A stretch of DNA of 14,239 nucleotides from Candidatus Helarchaeota ASGARD archaeon Hel_GB_B. Its GTDB lineage: Archaea > Asgardarchaeota > Lokiarchaeia > Helarchaeales > HEL-GB-B. Below the pieces are notes generated by a model. It was not told where the DNA came from and did not search any database. It worked only from the letters and a program-made list of their open reading frames with translations. The DNA is taken from contig SUPR01000089.1 in NCBI GenBank assembly GCA_005191425.1, positions 1-14,239 of the forward strand. The letters are read 5' to 3'. Below are positions 14,239 through 14,239 of the stretch, piece by piece. A program made the translations under genes and the position numbers. Every line of letters starts with the position of its first letter. Position 1 is the stretch's first letter.

Positions 14239-14239
14239 T

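Noticed and set aside
1-14239. CRISPR array, tRNA/rRNA, transposase or integrase
   Set aside because: No regularly spaced repeats, no GC-rich structured RNA-like stretch and no transposase or recombinase motifs found by eye.

Overview
Very AT-rich, gene-dense window with archaeal-type signals (oligo-T tracts after genes, TATA-like boxes, GGTG/GAGGT/AGGCG-type ribosome-binding motifs, several TTG starts). The gene content includes a conserved archaeal nucleotidyltransferase, TrmB-like regulators and an orphan 7-TM protein; origin in an Asgard (Lokiarchaeia-like) archaeon is plausible but is inference only. There are 13 probable protein genes, two cut by the window edges and missing from the ORF track. 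In order: a polytopic membrane protein (partial), a nucleotidyltransferase, a DUF362 protein, a PIG-L/LmbE deacetylase, a 4-TM protein, a 7-TM protein, a Gfo/Idh/MocA oxidoreductase, a cobalamin-dependent radical SAM enzyme, an MBL-fold hydrolase, two tandem paralogous TrmB-like regulators, a GNAT acetyltransferase and a CorA-like 2-TM protein, plus a very basic ORF at the right edge. No rRNA, tRNA, CRISPR array or mobile element was seen. The strongest leads are: (1) the radical SAM enzyme matches the non-radical methylase TsrM motif by motif, including the Arg and Glu hallmark residues; (2) a five-gene divergent unit at 8577-13795 (MBL hydrolase, two paralogous regulators | GNAT, CorA-like channel) that I do not recognise as a described system; (3) a possible 30-aa eL41/bS22-like basic peptide at 14056-14148. 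All family assignments come from motif recognition and recalled sequences, not from database searches.
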